Positions 20,016 through 29,661 of a stretch of DNA of 64,000 nucleotides are shown piece after piece. The translations under genes were made by a program, and so were the position numbers. The stretch comes from a bacterium (lineage in GTDB: Bacteria > Joyebacterota > Joyebacteria > Joyebacterales > Joyebacteraceae). Each line of letters begins with the position of its first letter. Position 1 is the first letter of the stretch. The notes under the pieces are model-generated. The model saw only the letters and a program-made list of their open reading frames with translations. It was not told the DNA's origin and did no database searches. The DNA is taken from NCBI GenBank assembly GCA_025774935.1, contig JALGZK010000001.1, positions 148,266 to 212,265 of the forward strand, read 5' to 3'.

Positions 20016-20052
20016 GGCCCTCCCGCGAGCGATCGGGAGGGCTTTGTTCTTG
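20016..20052 (+). terminator. rpsO terminator / pnp leader hairpin (8-bp GC stem CCCTCCCG/CGGGAGGG followed by a U-rich tract)
   Basis: Stem 20018-20025 pairs with 20034-20041, then cTTTGTTCTT. This is the classic position of the rpsO terminator/pnp attenuator between rpsO and pnp. Confidence 0.6.
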
Positions 20053-20078
20053 GCGCACGAGCTGCCGCGGAGGATGAG

Positions 20079-22289
20079 ATGCAGAACGCAGTGCTGGAGT
20101 GGGCGGGACGGGAACTGACGATCGAGACGGGCAGGCTTGCGAAGCAGGCGCCCGGCTCGGCGCTGGTCCGGTACGGGGACACGATGGTCCTCGCGACCGC
20201 CACGTATTCGAAGAGGGAGATCGACAGGGACTTCCTGCCGCTTTTCGTGGAGTACCGGGAGAAGTTCTACGCCGCCGGGAAGATCCCCGGCGGGTTCTTC
20301 AAGCGCGAGGGACGTCCGCAGACCAAAGAGGTTCTGAGCTCGCGGCTCATCGACCGGCCGGTGCGGCCGCTCCTGCCGGAACACATGCGGAACGAGGTCC
20401 AGGTCGTGGTGAACGTTCTCTCCGCGGACGGGGAGAACGATTCGGACACCCTGGGGATCATCGGCGCGAGCACCGCGCTCATGCTGTCAGGCGTGCCGTT
20501 CGACGGGCCGATCGGTGCGGTCAGGATCGGATTGGTCGAGGGCGAGCTCCTCGTCAACCCGACGTTCGACCAGCTCGAAGCGAGCACGCTCAACCTCGTC
20601 GTGGCAGGAACCGACGAGGCGGTCGTCATGACCGAAGGCGGAGCGCTCGAGCTCTCGGAGGACGACATGCAGCGCGCGCTCGATCTGGCGCACTCCGAGA
20701 TCCGGAAGGTGGTCGCCGCGCAGAAGGAGCTCATCTCGCGATGTGAGGTCACGCGGTTCGACGTCCCGCCGAAGACGTACCCGGAGGGTCTCGAGGAGCG
20801 CGTGCACTCGATGGTCATCGACAGGATCAAGGAAGCGATTCTGCCGGGATCGAAGGACGATCGCTACGCGACGATGGACGCCCTCAAGGAAGAGACGAGA
20901 GAGGCGCTCGCCGAGGAGTTCCCCGAGTGCGAGGGAGCGATCGGCGACGTGATCAAGGCGATCGAGAAGCACGAGATGCGGAGCCGCATCCTCGACGAGG
21001 GCGTCAGGTCTGACGGGCGCGGTCTCGACGACGTGCGGCCCATCACGTGCGAGACGTCGGTCCTGCCGCGCACGCACGGCTCGGCCGTGTTCACGCGCGG
21101 CCAGACGCAGGCTCTCGCGGTCACGACTCTGGGCTCGAGCAGCGACGAGCAGAAGATCGACGCCCTGGAGGGGGAGACGTGGAAGAGCTACATGCTCCAC
21201 TACAACTTCCCGCCCTTCTCGGTCGGAGAGGTGAGGCCGATCAGAGGTCCCGGGCGGCGCGAGATCGGGCACGGCGCCCTCGCGGAGCGTTCGATCCAGC
21301 CCGTCATCCCGACGGAGGACGTCTTCCCGTACACGATCAGAATCGTGTCTGACATCCTCGAGTCGAACGGCTCGTCGAGCATGGCGACCGTGTGCGCAGG
21401 CTCTCTGGCGCTCATGGACGCCGGCGCGCCCATCAAGTCCGCGGTGGCGGGAGTGGCGATGGGGCTCGTGAAGGAGGGCGACCGCTATGCCGTCCTGACC
21501 GACATCCTCGGGGTCGAGGACCATCTCGGCGACATGGACTTCAAGCTGGCCGGGACGAAGAACGGCATCACGGCGTTCCAGCTCGACTCGAAGATCGGCG
21601 CCATCCCGACCCAGCTCCTCTCCGAGGCGCTCGCCAAGGCGAAGGCCGCCCGGCTGCACATCCTCGGTGAGATGGACAGGGCGCTCTCGACGCACCGGGA
21701 GCAGCTCTCGGTCTATGCGCCGAAGATCGTCATGATCCGGATCCCGACGGAGAAGATCGGCGAGATCATCGGCCCAGGCGGGCGCGTGATCCGGAAGCTC
21801 CAGGAGGAGACCGACACGAAGCTCGACGTCGACGACGAGGGCATCGTCAAGATCTCCGGCCAGTCGCAGGAGGGAGTCGACAGGGCACGCGAGACGATCG
21901 AACTCATGACGAAGGAGCCGGAGATTGGCGAGGTCTTCGAGGGCGCGGTGAAGAGCATCACGGACTTCGGCGCGTTCATCGAGTTCCTCCCGAACCGGGA
22001 CGGCCTAGTGCACATCTCCGAGCTCGAGTACCACCGTGTTCAGAAGGTCGAGGACGTTCTGAAGATGGGGGAGATCGTCAAGGTCAAGGTCATCGGCATC
22101 GACGACAACGGCAAGGTCCGCCTCTCCAGGCGCGCGCTCATGCCGAAGCCCGAGGGCTGGGTGGAGGAGCGCAGGCCCGACCGCGGTTCGCGCGGACCAC
22201 GTCGTGACGGAAGACCCCGCGGGCGCCCCGGCGGACGTTCGGGCGGACGCTCGGACAGCAAGTCGACCGACCGCGCAAGACGGAAGTAG
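20079..22289 (+). CDS. pnp: Polyribonucleotide nucleotidyltransferase (PNPase) with an Arg/Gly-rich C-terminal tail
   Basis: ATG 20079 is preceded by GGAGGA. Two RNase PH domains, a KH domain and an S1 domain are present. There is an additional ~40-aa RG-rich tail (RRPDRGSRGPRRDGRPRGRPGGRSGGRSDSKSTDRARRK). Confidence 0.95.
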   Translation: MQNAVLEWAGRELTIETGRLAKQAPGSALVRYGDTMVLATATYSKREIDRDFLPLFVEYREKFYAAGKIPGGFFKREGRPQTKEVLSSRLIDRPVRPLLPEHMRNEVQVVVNVLSADGENDSDTLGIIGASTALMLSGVPFDGPIGAVRIGLVEGELLVNPTFDQLEASTLNLVVAGTDEAVVMTEGGALELSEDDMQRALDLAHSEIRKVVAAQKELISRCEVTRFDVPPKTYPEGLEERVHSMVIDRIKEAILPGSKDDRYATMDALKEETREALAEEFPECEGAIGDVIKAIEKHEMRSRILDEGVRSDGRGLDDVRPITCETSVLPRTHGSAVFTRGQTQALAVTTLGSSSDEQKIDALEGETWKSYMLHYNFPPFSVGEVRPIRGPGRREIGHGALAERSIQPVIPTEDVFPYTIRIVSDILESNGSSSMATVCAGSLALMDAGAPIKSAVAGVAMGLVKEGDRYAVLTDILGVEDHLGDMDFKLAGTKNGITAFQLDSKIGAIPTQLLSEALAKAKAARLHILGEMDRALSTHREQLSVYAPKIVMIRIPTEKIGEIIGPGGRVIRKLQEETDTKLDVDDEGIVKISGQSQEGVDRARETIELMTKEPEIGEVFEGAVKSITDFGAFIEFLPNRDGLVHISELEYHRVQKVEDVLKMGEIVKVKVIGIDDNGKVRLSRRALMPKPEGWVEERRPDRGSRGPRRDGRPRGRPGGRSGGRSDSKSTDRARRK

Positions 22290-22363
22290 GACCGGAAGGC
22301 GCGTAGCGACCGCCCTCCTTCGACGCGACGGACCGTCCTCAGAGACCCTCCGGGGAGCGCGGG

Positions 22364-22858
22364 ATGGATCGAGTCGAGATCGAGATCAGCAGACTGCCGG
22401 GAGCGGAGGACATCCCGCTCCCGCGTTACATGAGCGACGGGGCGTCAGGCATGGACCTGTGCGCCGCAGTCGAGTCGCCGACCGTCGTCGAGCCGGGCCG
22501 GATCGGGCTCGTGCCGACGGGGCTCACGATCGCCGTACCCGAGGGCTTCGAAGCCCAGGTCCGCTCCAGGAGCGGACTTGCCCTCCGGTGCGGCGTCTTC
22601 GTGCTCAACAGCCCCGGTACCATCGACTCCGACTACCGCGGCGAGGTGCGTGTCATCCTCGCGAACCTGGGGAGCGAGCCCTTCCGCATCGAGCGCGGCG
22701 ACCGGATCGCGCAGCTCGTAGTAGCCCGGGTGTCGCGGGTCGAATGGGCGGAGGCTGAGGTCCTTGCGACGACCGACCGCCAGGCCGGCGGATTCGGCCA
22801 CACCGGCGGCCACAGCGGTGGCGGGGGCGGTAGCGGCGGCGACGGCGCCGGGCACTGA
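22364..22858 (+). CDS. dut: dUTP diphosphatase
   Basis: dUTPase motifs (…GASGMDL…, …GTIDSDYRGEV…, RQAGGFGHTG), followed by a Gly-rich tail. Confidence 0.9.
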   Translation: MDRVEIEISRLPGAEDIPLPRYMSDGASGMDLCAAVESPTVVEPGRIGLVPTGLTIAVPEGFEAQVRSRSGLALRCGVFVLNSPGTIDSDYRGEVRVILANLGSEPFRIERGDRIAQLVVARVSRVEWAEAEVLATTDRQAGGFGHTGGHSGGGGGSGGDGAGH

Positions 22859-22871
22859 CCGGGGAGCGGCC

Positions 22872-23828
22872 ATGACGAACCCAGGGGCCCCGCAGTCGAG
22901 GCTTCGGCCCTTCGACTTCGTGTTCGTGCTGCGCCCAGCCACGATCGTCCCGCTCTGGATCTTCTTCGTCGCGGGAACGCGCCTGGCGGCCGCGAGATCG
23001 GGAGTAGAGCTCCCGCTGCTTTACCCACCCCGTGACGTGGTCCTCGGACTCCTCTCGATGACGGCCCTCCTCGCAGGGGGCTACCTCCTCAATCAGATCC
23101 GCGACATCGAGACCGACCGGAGGAACAAGAAGCTCTTCTTCCTCCCGCGGGGCCTCATCTCATTGCGAGCCGCGTGGACCGAGCTCGCGGTTCTCTGGCT
23201 CCTGGCAGTGCTTCTCGCGGTCCCGCTCGCGCCCGAGTTCGGGTGGGCGCTCGGGGCCGCGTTCCTTCTCGCGCTGACCTACTCCGCGCCGCCGGTCTCG
23301 GCCAAGGCGCGCACTCCGCTCGACCTCATCTGGAACGGGCTCGGGTTCGGAGCGGTCGCCGTCGTGGCGGGCTGGGCGACGGTGGCGCCCCTCTCGGGCG
23401 AGGTGGCTCTCCCGGCGCTCTCGTACACCCTGGCGGTCGCCGGGATCACCGCCTCGACCACGATCCCGGACATCCCGGGAGACGCGGCGCTCGGGCTCAG
23501 GACCACGGGAGCGGTCCTCGGAGTGGGGAGGACGAGCCTCCTGGGGGTGGTCCTGCTCGCCGCGGCCGCGCTCGCGGGGGCGATCGCCAAGGACCTCCTT
23601 GGCCTCTTCGGTCCGGTTGTGTCGCTCCCGCTCCTCCTGCGGGCGCACCGGACAGGCAGCCGCGCGCACAGGGTGGCCGCCAACCAGATCGCGGTCGCCG
23701 TCTTCGGACTCATCGTAGGGGCTCGCGCACCGTACCTCCTCGTGCTCGTCGCGGCCGTCGTGCTCCTCTCAAGGGCGTATTACCTAGCACGGTTCGGTAT
23801 TACCTACCCGGGCCCCGGAACTCCCTGA
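22872..23828 (+). CDS. UbiA-family polyprenyltransferase (integral membrane)
   Basis: ATG 22872 is preceded by GGGGAG. The ORF is multi-TM and carries the UbiA Asp-rich motif (NQIRDIETDRRNKK). Confidence 0.7.
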   Translation: MTNPGAPQSRLRPFDFVFVLRPATIVPLWIFFVAGTRLAAARSGVELPLLYPPRDVVLGLLSMTALLAGGYLLNQIRDIETDRRNKKLFFLPRGLISLRAAWTELAVLWLLAVLLAVPLAPEFGWALGAAFLLALTYSAPPVSAKARTPLDLIWNGLGFGAVAVVAGWATVAPLSGEVALPALSYTLAVAGITASTTIPDIPGDAALGLRTTGAVLGVGRTSLLGVVLLAAAALAGAIAKDLLGLFGPVVSLPLLLRAHRTGSRAHRVAANQIAVAVFGLIVGARAPYLLVLVAAVVLLSRAYYLARFGITYPGPGTP

Positions 23829-23887
23829 AACGGCCTCAGAACGCCGAAACACCCCAGGCACACCGCTTGCTGATTCCGGCTTTTCCG

Positions 23888-23917
23888 TTGACAGGCGTCG
23901 AGAGGCGTCCTTATCCT
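23888..23917 (+). promoter_or_regulatory. Possible sigma70-like promoter (TTGACA-17/18-TTATCCT) upstream of trkH
   Basis: -35 at 23888-23893. The -10 candidate is weak (TTATCC/TATCCT). Confidence 0.3.
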
Positions 23918-24012
23918 CGCGGCAACGTCGACCGCCCGGGTAGGGGACGCGGGCCGACCCGCCCTCCTGAGAGTCCCCGAGCGGTCGACCCGCTTGATGG
24001 CGGAGGAGTTGG

Positions 24013-25764
24013 ATGGACAGAGAGAGGATCCTCGCCTGGTTGTCGAGAGCTATGTTCGGGGTCGCCGCGGTCGCCGTGGCCTCGCTCGTGCTCGAGTACG
24101 GCTTCTACCTCACGCCGGCCCAGGAGAGGCTCGTTCACCTGATCGACCTGGTCGTCGTGGTCGTCTTCGTCCTCGACGGGCTCATCCGCTTCGGGCTCTC
24201 CCGGAAGCGGCTCGCCTACGTGCGCGCCAGGTGGCCCGGGCTCGTGATCCTGGGGCTCATCCTGGTGCAGCTCTTCCTCGTGGCTCACCTCTCGGGCCGC
24301 GGCTGGCTCCCGGCGTTCCTCGAGTCCCGGAGCGTCCTGTCGCTCACGAAGGGCTACATCATCGTCCTCCAGGTCTACCTGGTCGTCCTCATCCTTGGGC
24401 AGGCGGTCAAGGCGAACCGGCGCGTGGCGTCCTTCCGGATCCACCCCGCCCGGACGGTCATGTTCTCGTTCCTGCTCATCATCTTCGCCGGCTTCCTGCT
24501 CCTCCTGACGCCCAAGGCGACGGCGGGCGGGGACATCGACGTGGTCGACGCGCTCTTCTCGGCGACCTCTGCGGTCTGCGTCACGGGCCTCGTCGTGGTC
24601 GACACAGGGAGGTACTTCACGGCCTTCGGACAGGGGATCATCCTCACGCTGATCCAGATCGGTGGCCTCGGGCTCATCACGCTCACGGCCTTCTTCGCGC
24701 TCATGATCAGGCGCGGCCTCGGAGTGAGGGAGAGCCTGGTGCTGCGCGGGGTCATGACGTTCGAGACAGTGGGCCGCCTTGGGCGGACGCTCGGGTACAT
24801 GATCGGCTTCACGTTCGCGATGGAAGCGCTGGGGGCACTCCTGCTCTTCACGCAGACGCGCCTCGACTTCGCACGGGCCGGAGAGGCCGTGTGGAAGTCC
24901 GTCTTCCACGCGATCTCCGCCTACTGCAACGCTGGGTTCTCGCTCTACTCGACGAGCTTCGAGCGATACTCGTCACACGTCCCGGTGAACCTCATCATGA
25001 CGTCGCTGATAGTGATAGGCGGCCTCGGCTTCCCGGTCATCATGAACGTCCTCGGGAGACGCGTGCTCGTAGCGCGACCGGGGGCCGCAGTGTCCCGCTG
25101 GTCGCTTCACTCGAAGCTGGTGCTGACGACGACCGTCGCGCTCCTCGTGGTCGGGACGATAGCGTTCCTGGGCCTGGAGTGGGACGGCATCCTCGCGGGG
25201 AAGCCGTTGGGCGACAAGGTCATGACGTCCTACTTCGCCTCAGTCACGGCGAGGACGGCCGGGTTCAACACTGTCCGGACTTCGGCGCTCGCGCTGCCGA
25301 CGCTCTTCCTGCTCGCCGCCATGATGTTCATCGGGGGTTCTCCCGGCGGGACGGCCGGGGGTGTGAAGACGTCGACCTTCGCGCTGGTGCTGATGTCGAT
25401 CCGCTCGATGATAGGCAGGGTGGGCCGCGTCGAGCTCTTCGGTCGGCGCGTGCCCCGGTGGATAGTGGCCGAAGCGCTCCTCGTCGTCTCGATGGGAATC
25501 CTCGTCGTGAGCGCGGGTATCTTCGTGCTCCTCATCGTCGAGGATTTGTCTATGAGCGACGTTCTGTTTGAGGTAACCTCGGCGTTCGGGACGGTCGGGC
25601 TCTCTACCGGCATCACGGCGACGCTGTCGCCGGTGGGGAAGATCGTCCTCATGATTATCATGCTCACGGGACGAATCGGTCCGCTGACACTTGCGCTCGC
25701 GCTCGGCCAGCGACCCGAGCCGCCCGACTACGATTACCCGGAGGAGAGGGTGGTCATCGGGTAG
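24013..25764 (+). CDS. trkH: TrkH/KtrB-family K+ transporter membrane subunit with an N-terminal extension of ~150 aa
   Basis: Repeated M1PM2 selectivity-filter motifs (…TGLVVVDTG…, …NAGFSL…, …TAGFNT…, …GTVGLSTG…). ATG 24013 is preceded by GGAGGAG. Confidence 0.8.
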   Translation: MDRERILAWLSRAMFGVAAVAVASLVLEYGFYLTPAQERLVHLIDLVVVVVFVLDGLIRFGLSRKRLAYVRARWPGLVILGLILVQLFLVAHLSGRGWLPAFLESRSVLSLTKGYIIVLQVYLVVLILGQAVKANRRVASFRIHPARTVMFSFLLIIFAGFLLLLTPKATAGGDIDVVDALFSATSAVCVTGLVVVDTGRYFTAFGQGIILTLIQIGGLGLITLTAFFALMIRRGLGVRESLVLRGVMTFETVGRLGRTLGYMIGFTFAMEALGALLLFTQTRLDFARAGEAVWKSVFHAISAYCNAGFSLYSTSFERYSSHVPVNLIMTSLIVIGGLGFPVIMNVLGRRVLVARPGAAVSRWSLHSKLVLTTTVALLVVGTIAFLGLEWDGILAGKPLGDKVMTSYFASVTARTAGFNTVRTSALALPTLFLLAAMMFIGGSPGGTAGGVKTSTFALVLMSIRSMIGRVGRVELFGRRVPRWIVAEALLVVSMGILVVSAGIFVLLIVEDLSMSDVLFEVTSAFGTVGLSTGITATLSPVGKIVLMIIMLTGRIGPLTLALALGQRPEPPDYDYPEERVVIG

Positions 25765-25826
25765 CGGTCCCAGGGAAGGCGAACGTGGCCGGTGCGGGTC
25801 ACGCCGACGCCTGACGGAGGTCTTCC

Positions 25827-26501
25827 ATGAAGCGGTTCGCAGTGGTCGGTCTGGGACGCCTGGGCCGCACGGTGGCCCGCGAGCTGGCGGGCAGGGGCTT
25901 CGAGGTGATCGCCATCGACGTCGACCAGGGGCTGGTTCAGTCGATCGCGGAGGAGGTCGCGCTGGCGATAAGGCTCGACTCCACGAACCGCGAAGCTCTC
26001 CTGAAGCAGGGCGTGGACAAGGTGGACGCCGCGCTCGTGGCGATCGGGGAGAACTTCCAGGCGGCAGTGCTGACGACCTCCATCCTCAAGGAGTTCGGGA
26101 TCCCGCGAGTGATCTCGCGAGCGGTCACCGAGGAGGAGGCGAGAGTCCTCAAGCTCGTCCACGCGGACGAGGTGATCCTCGTCGAGGAGATGGTCGCCAA
26201 ACGGCTGGCCCAGCAGATGATGACCCCGAGCCTCGTCGACATCGTCGAGCTCTCGCCAGGGATGAGTCTCGCCCGGATTGAGACATCCGAAGAGATGTGG
26301 GGGAAGACCCTGGCGTCGATCAAGTTCCGCCAGCGGTACGGGCTGAACGTCGTGGCGGTGATCAAGCCCGAGTGTGAGACGCGGTCGTGTCCGGCGACGC
26401 TTCTGCCCGACCCCGAGGCAGTCCTCGAGGAGGGCGACGTCCTGCTCGTCGACGGACCGGACGAGGCGATCGAGCGACTGGCCGCCTCAGAGGAGGCGTG
26501 A
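25827..26501 (+). CDS. trkA: TrkA/KtrA K+ uptake regulatory subunit (RCK_N + RCK_C)
   Basis: Rossmann GxGxxG motif ([15 protein letters not shown]) and a C-terminal RCK_C/TrkA_C domain. It lies adjacent to trkH. Confidence 0.8.
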   Translation: MKRFAVVGLGRLGRTVARELAGRGFEVIAIDVDQGLVQSIAEEVALAIRLDSTNREALLKQGVDKVDAALVAIGENFQAAVLTTSILKEFGIPRVISRAVTEEEARVLKLVHADEVILVEEMVAKRLAQQMMTPSLVDIVELSPGMSLARIETSEEMWGKTLASIKFRQRYGLNVVAVIKPECETRSCPATLLPDPEAVLEEGDVLLVDGPDEAIERLAASEEA

Positions 26502-26520
26502 GGGACCCGGAGCGCCCTTC

Positions 26521-27834
26521 GTGGCGTCGGAGGCGGAATTGAGGGAACGCTACTACATCGAGGAGATCGGCCGGCACGTCGATCGTGAGGTCACCCTCGA
26601 GGGATGGCTCGCCGGGAAGCGCTCGAGCGGGAAGATCCTCTTCCTGCAGCTGCGCGACGGCACAGGGTTCATCCAGTGCGTCGCGAGCCGTGCCGACGTC
26701 GGCGACGAGACCTTCGCCGCGGCGGACGAGCTCTCGATCGAGTCCTCGCTCCGCGTGACGGGGACGGTGCACGCCGACGCCCGAGCCCCGAGCGGGTACG
26801 AGCTGTCCGTCGCGGGCATCGAGATCGTCCACGCCGCGGACGAGTACCCGATCTCTCGGAAGGAGCACGGGACGGCGTTCCTCATGGACAACCGGCACCT
26901 GTGGATCCGTTCCTCGCGCCAGTTCGCCATCCTCCGCATTCGCGCCGCGGTCATCGTGGCCGCCCGACGCTACTTCGACTCGCGCGGATACACGCTCGTC
27001 GACACGCCGATACTGACGCCGAATGCCGTCGAGGGGACGACCACGCTCTTCGAGACGAAGTACTTCGACGAGAGCGCGTATCTCACGCAGAGCGGTCAGC
27101 TCTACAACGAGGCGACGGCGATGGCGCTCGGGAAGGTCTACTGCTTCGGTCCCGCACTCCGCGCCGAGAAGAGCAAGACCCGGCGTCATCTGATCGAGTT
27201 CTGGCAGATCGAGCCCGAGATCGCGTACGCCGATCTGGAAGACATCATGGACATTCAGGAGGAGCTCGTCGCCGAGCTCATTCGCCACGTGCTTGAGACG
27301 CGTGCTCCCGAGCTCGCGATCCTCGAGCGCGACACCGAGGCGCTCGCGAAGGCCGCGCCGCCGTTCCCGCGGCTCTCGTACACGGAAGCCGTCAAGCGCC
27401 TGAACGAGGCCGGTCACGCGTTCGAGTGGGGCGAGGACTTCGGGGCCGAGGACGAGACGGTCCTGTCGAAGCTGTTCGAGACACCGATCCTCGTGCACCG
27501 CTACCCCAGGATGGTGAAGCCGTTCTACATGGAAGACGACCCGGACGACGAGTCCGTCACGCTGTCGGTCGACATGCTAGCGCCCGAGGGCTACGGCGAG
27601 ATCGTCGGCGGCGGACAGCGAGCGATGGACGCGGAGCGGCTCGAGAGAAGGATGCGGGAAGAGGGAATGCCGGTCGACGAGTACCAGTGGTACCTCGACC
27701 TCAGACGGTTCGGCTCCGTGCCGCACGGCGGGTTCGGCATGGGCATCGAGAGGTTCGTCACGTGGGTGTGCGGCCTTCCGCACATCCGGGAGACGATCGC
27801 CTTTCCGAGGATGCTGTCGAGGCTCCGGCCCTGA
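26521..27834 (+). CDS. asnS: Asparaginyl-tRNA synthetase (class IIb)
   Basis: GTG 26521 follows the trkA stop. Anticodon-binding OB fold plus class II motifs (…[21 protein letters not shown]…, …[11 protein letters not shown]…). At 437 aa it has the AsnRS size rather than the AspRS size. Confidence 0.8.
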   Translation: MASEAELRERYYIEEIGRHVDREVTLEGWLAGKRSSGKILFLQLRDGTGFIQCVASRADVGDETFAAADELSIESSLRVTGTVHADARAPSGYELSVAGIEIVHAADEYPISRKEHGTAFLMDNRHLWIRSSRQFAILRIRAAVIVAARRYFDSRGYTLVDTPILTPNAVEGTTTLFETKYFDESAYLTQSGQLYNEATAMALGKVYCFGPALRAEKSKTRRHLIEFWQIEPEIAYADLEDIMDIQEELVAELIRHVLETRAPELAILERDTEALAKAAPPFPRLSYTEAVKRLNEAGHAFEWGEDFGAEDETVLSKLFETPILVHRYPRMVKPFYMEDDPDDESVTLSVDMLAPEGYGEIVGGGQRAMDAERLERRMREEGMPVDEYQWYLDLRRFGSVPHGGFGMGIERFVTWVCGLPHIRETIAFPRMLSRLRP

Positions 27835-27884
27835 CAACCGGTCCCGCCGGTCGAGGCGGTTCTAGGGACGACAGGCACAGAGAC

Positions 27885-27919
27885 AGCGCCCCGACTCCGG
27901 CCGGGGCGCTTCGTGTTGT
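27885..27919. terminator. GC-rich hairpin plus T-tract between convergent asnS and glnA (probable intrinsic terminator)
   Basis: Stem 27885-27893 (AGCGCCCCG) pairs with 27902-27910 (CGGGGCGCT), followed by TCGTGTTGT. Confidence 0.55.
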
Positions 27920-27943
27920 ACCGGGGTCGCTCGCGCCGCGGGA

Positions 27944-29404
27944 TCAGCAGTCGAAGTAGAGCGCGTACTCCGTCGGGTGCGGCCGGCCGGCGACGATCTC
28001 GGCCTCGCGGGTCTTCAGCCGGACCCAGGTCTCGACGAACTCCGCCGGGAAGATACCGGAGTCGGAGAGGAAAGCCCCGCCCTTCCGGAGCTCGTGAAGC
28101 GCCTCGTCGAGCGAAGCCGGGAGGGGGATGAGCTTCCTGCCCGGGTCGCGTTCGTCGAGGTTGCCCTCGAAGGGTCCGAAGCCTTCGTCCCTCGGGTCGA
28201 TGCCGCGCTCCATGCCGTCGAGCCCGGCCGCGATGAGCGCCGACATCACGAGGTAGGGATTGCAGGTGGCGTCGGCAGGCCTGAACTCGGCGGACTTCAT
28301 CTCGGGCTCCGTCGCGTACTTGGGGATACGAATCGCGGCGCTCCTGTCCCCGGCGGAGAACGAGAGCGCGACCGGCGCCTCGTACCCGGGCCTGAGGCGC
28401 CGGTACGAGTTCGTGCTGGGCGAGGTGACGGCGGCGAGCGCCCGTCCGTGGGACAGGATGCCGCCCAGGAACGAGAGAGCCTTACAGGAGAGCCCCGCGC
28501 AGCCGTCGTCTCCGTGGAGGAGCGGCTGGCCGTCCTTGACGAGCCGGATGTGTAGGTGGAGGCCACTTCCGGCCTGGTCAGCGATAGGCTTGGGCATGAA
28601 GGTGGCGGCGACGCCCCACTCGGCGGCCGTGTTCCTCACGATGTACTTCCCGAGCATCAGGTGGTCCGCCGCGAGCAGGAGCGGCTCGGGGTGGACCTCG
28701 ATCTCCTGCTGTCCCGGTCGTCCGTTCTCGTGGTGGTGGTACTTCACGGGGATCCCCGCTTCGAGCATGCGCGTCGAGATCTCGTTCCTCAGATCGAAGT
28801 AGCGGTCCGACGGCGGGACTGCCTGATAGCCCCCCTCGGGGCGGATCCTGTAGGCGAGCTCCTCGTCCCGCTCCTCGGTCGCCGGCCAGCCCGCCTCGTG
28901 CGACGCGACGTCGTAGAACGACCCGCTCGGCGTGTCGTCGTAGTCGACGGCGGCGAAGATGTAGAACTCCAGCTCCGGGCTCCAGAGACTGACGTCTGCG
29001 TGCCCCGAAGAGCTGAGGACCGCCTCCGCGTTCCGGGCGATCGTCCTGGGATCGAGGCGGAAGAGCTCCTTGGTGTCGGCCTCGCCCGCGGAGGCGATCA
29101 GCGAGACGACGGTGTGATCTCCGTAGTCGTCTACGAGCGCGGTAGTCGGGTCGGGGAGAAGCACCATGTCGCCCCTCTCGACCGACTTGAAACCTGAGAC
29201 GCTGGAGCCGTCGAAGCCGACCCCGCTCTCGAAGAGCCTCGCGTGGAACGCGGTCGCCGGGATCGTAACGTGGTGCCACCTGCCGAGCAGGTCGGCGAAC
29301 CTGAGGTTGATGAAGTCGACTTCGGCGTCGAGCGCGATCGCGACGAACTCGTCACCGGTTGCCGTCTCGCGGAGCCTCGTCGAGAGTTCGAGGTGCTGAT
29401 GCAT
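27944..29404 (-). CDS. glnA: Glutamine synthetase, type I
   Basis: The ORF was trimmed to the ATG at 29404 (MHQHLELSTRL…VDFINLRFADLLGRWHHVTIP), which is preceded by GGAGGA. The GS catalytic domain is present (…KPIADQAGSGLHLHI…, …NPYLVMSALIAAGLDG…). Confidence 0.85.
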   Translation of the reverse strand: MHQHLELSTRLRETATGDEFVAIALDAEVDFINLRFADLLGRWHHVTIPATAFHARLFESGVGFDGSSVSGFKSVERGDMVLLPDPTTALVDDYGDHTVVSLIASAGEADTKELFRLDPRTIARNAEAVLSSSGHADVSLWSPELEFYIFAAVDYDDTPSGSFYDVASHEAGWPATEERDEELAYRIRPEGGYQAVPPSDRYFDLRNEISTRMLEAGIPVKYHHHENGRPGQQEIEVHPEPLLLAADHLMLGKYIVRNTAAEWGVAATFMPKPIADQAGSGLHLHIRLVKDGQPLLHGDDGCAGLSCKALSFLGGILSHGRALAAVTSPSTNSYRRLRPGYEAPVALSFSAGDRSAAIRIPKYATEPEMKSAEFRPADATCNPYLVMSALIAAGLDGMERGIDPRDEGFGPFEGNLDERDPGRKLIPLPASLDEALHELRKGGAFLSDSGIFPAEFVETWVRLKTREAEIVAGRPHPTEYALYFDC

Positions 29405-29661
29405 CCGTTGGTCCTCCGTGGGATCGTGTGAGTCTCGGGAGAAAAAGGGCGTGACCCGTCCGGTCCCGCCCTCGATGCGTCGGCCGACATGGGCTCCCGT
29501 GCCCTCGTCCGCGATTCCGTCACGTCGATTGTAGCGTCCGGACGGTCCCCGGTCAATCGGTCGGTCCGCACAAGGCCGGTCCGGCACCACGTGCGAGGGG
29601 GCCCGGGACGTCTGTCCCGGGCCCCCTTCTCAGGCGGAAGCGCCTGGCTCTTCGTACTACG

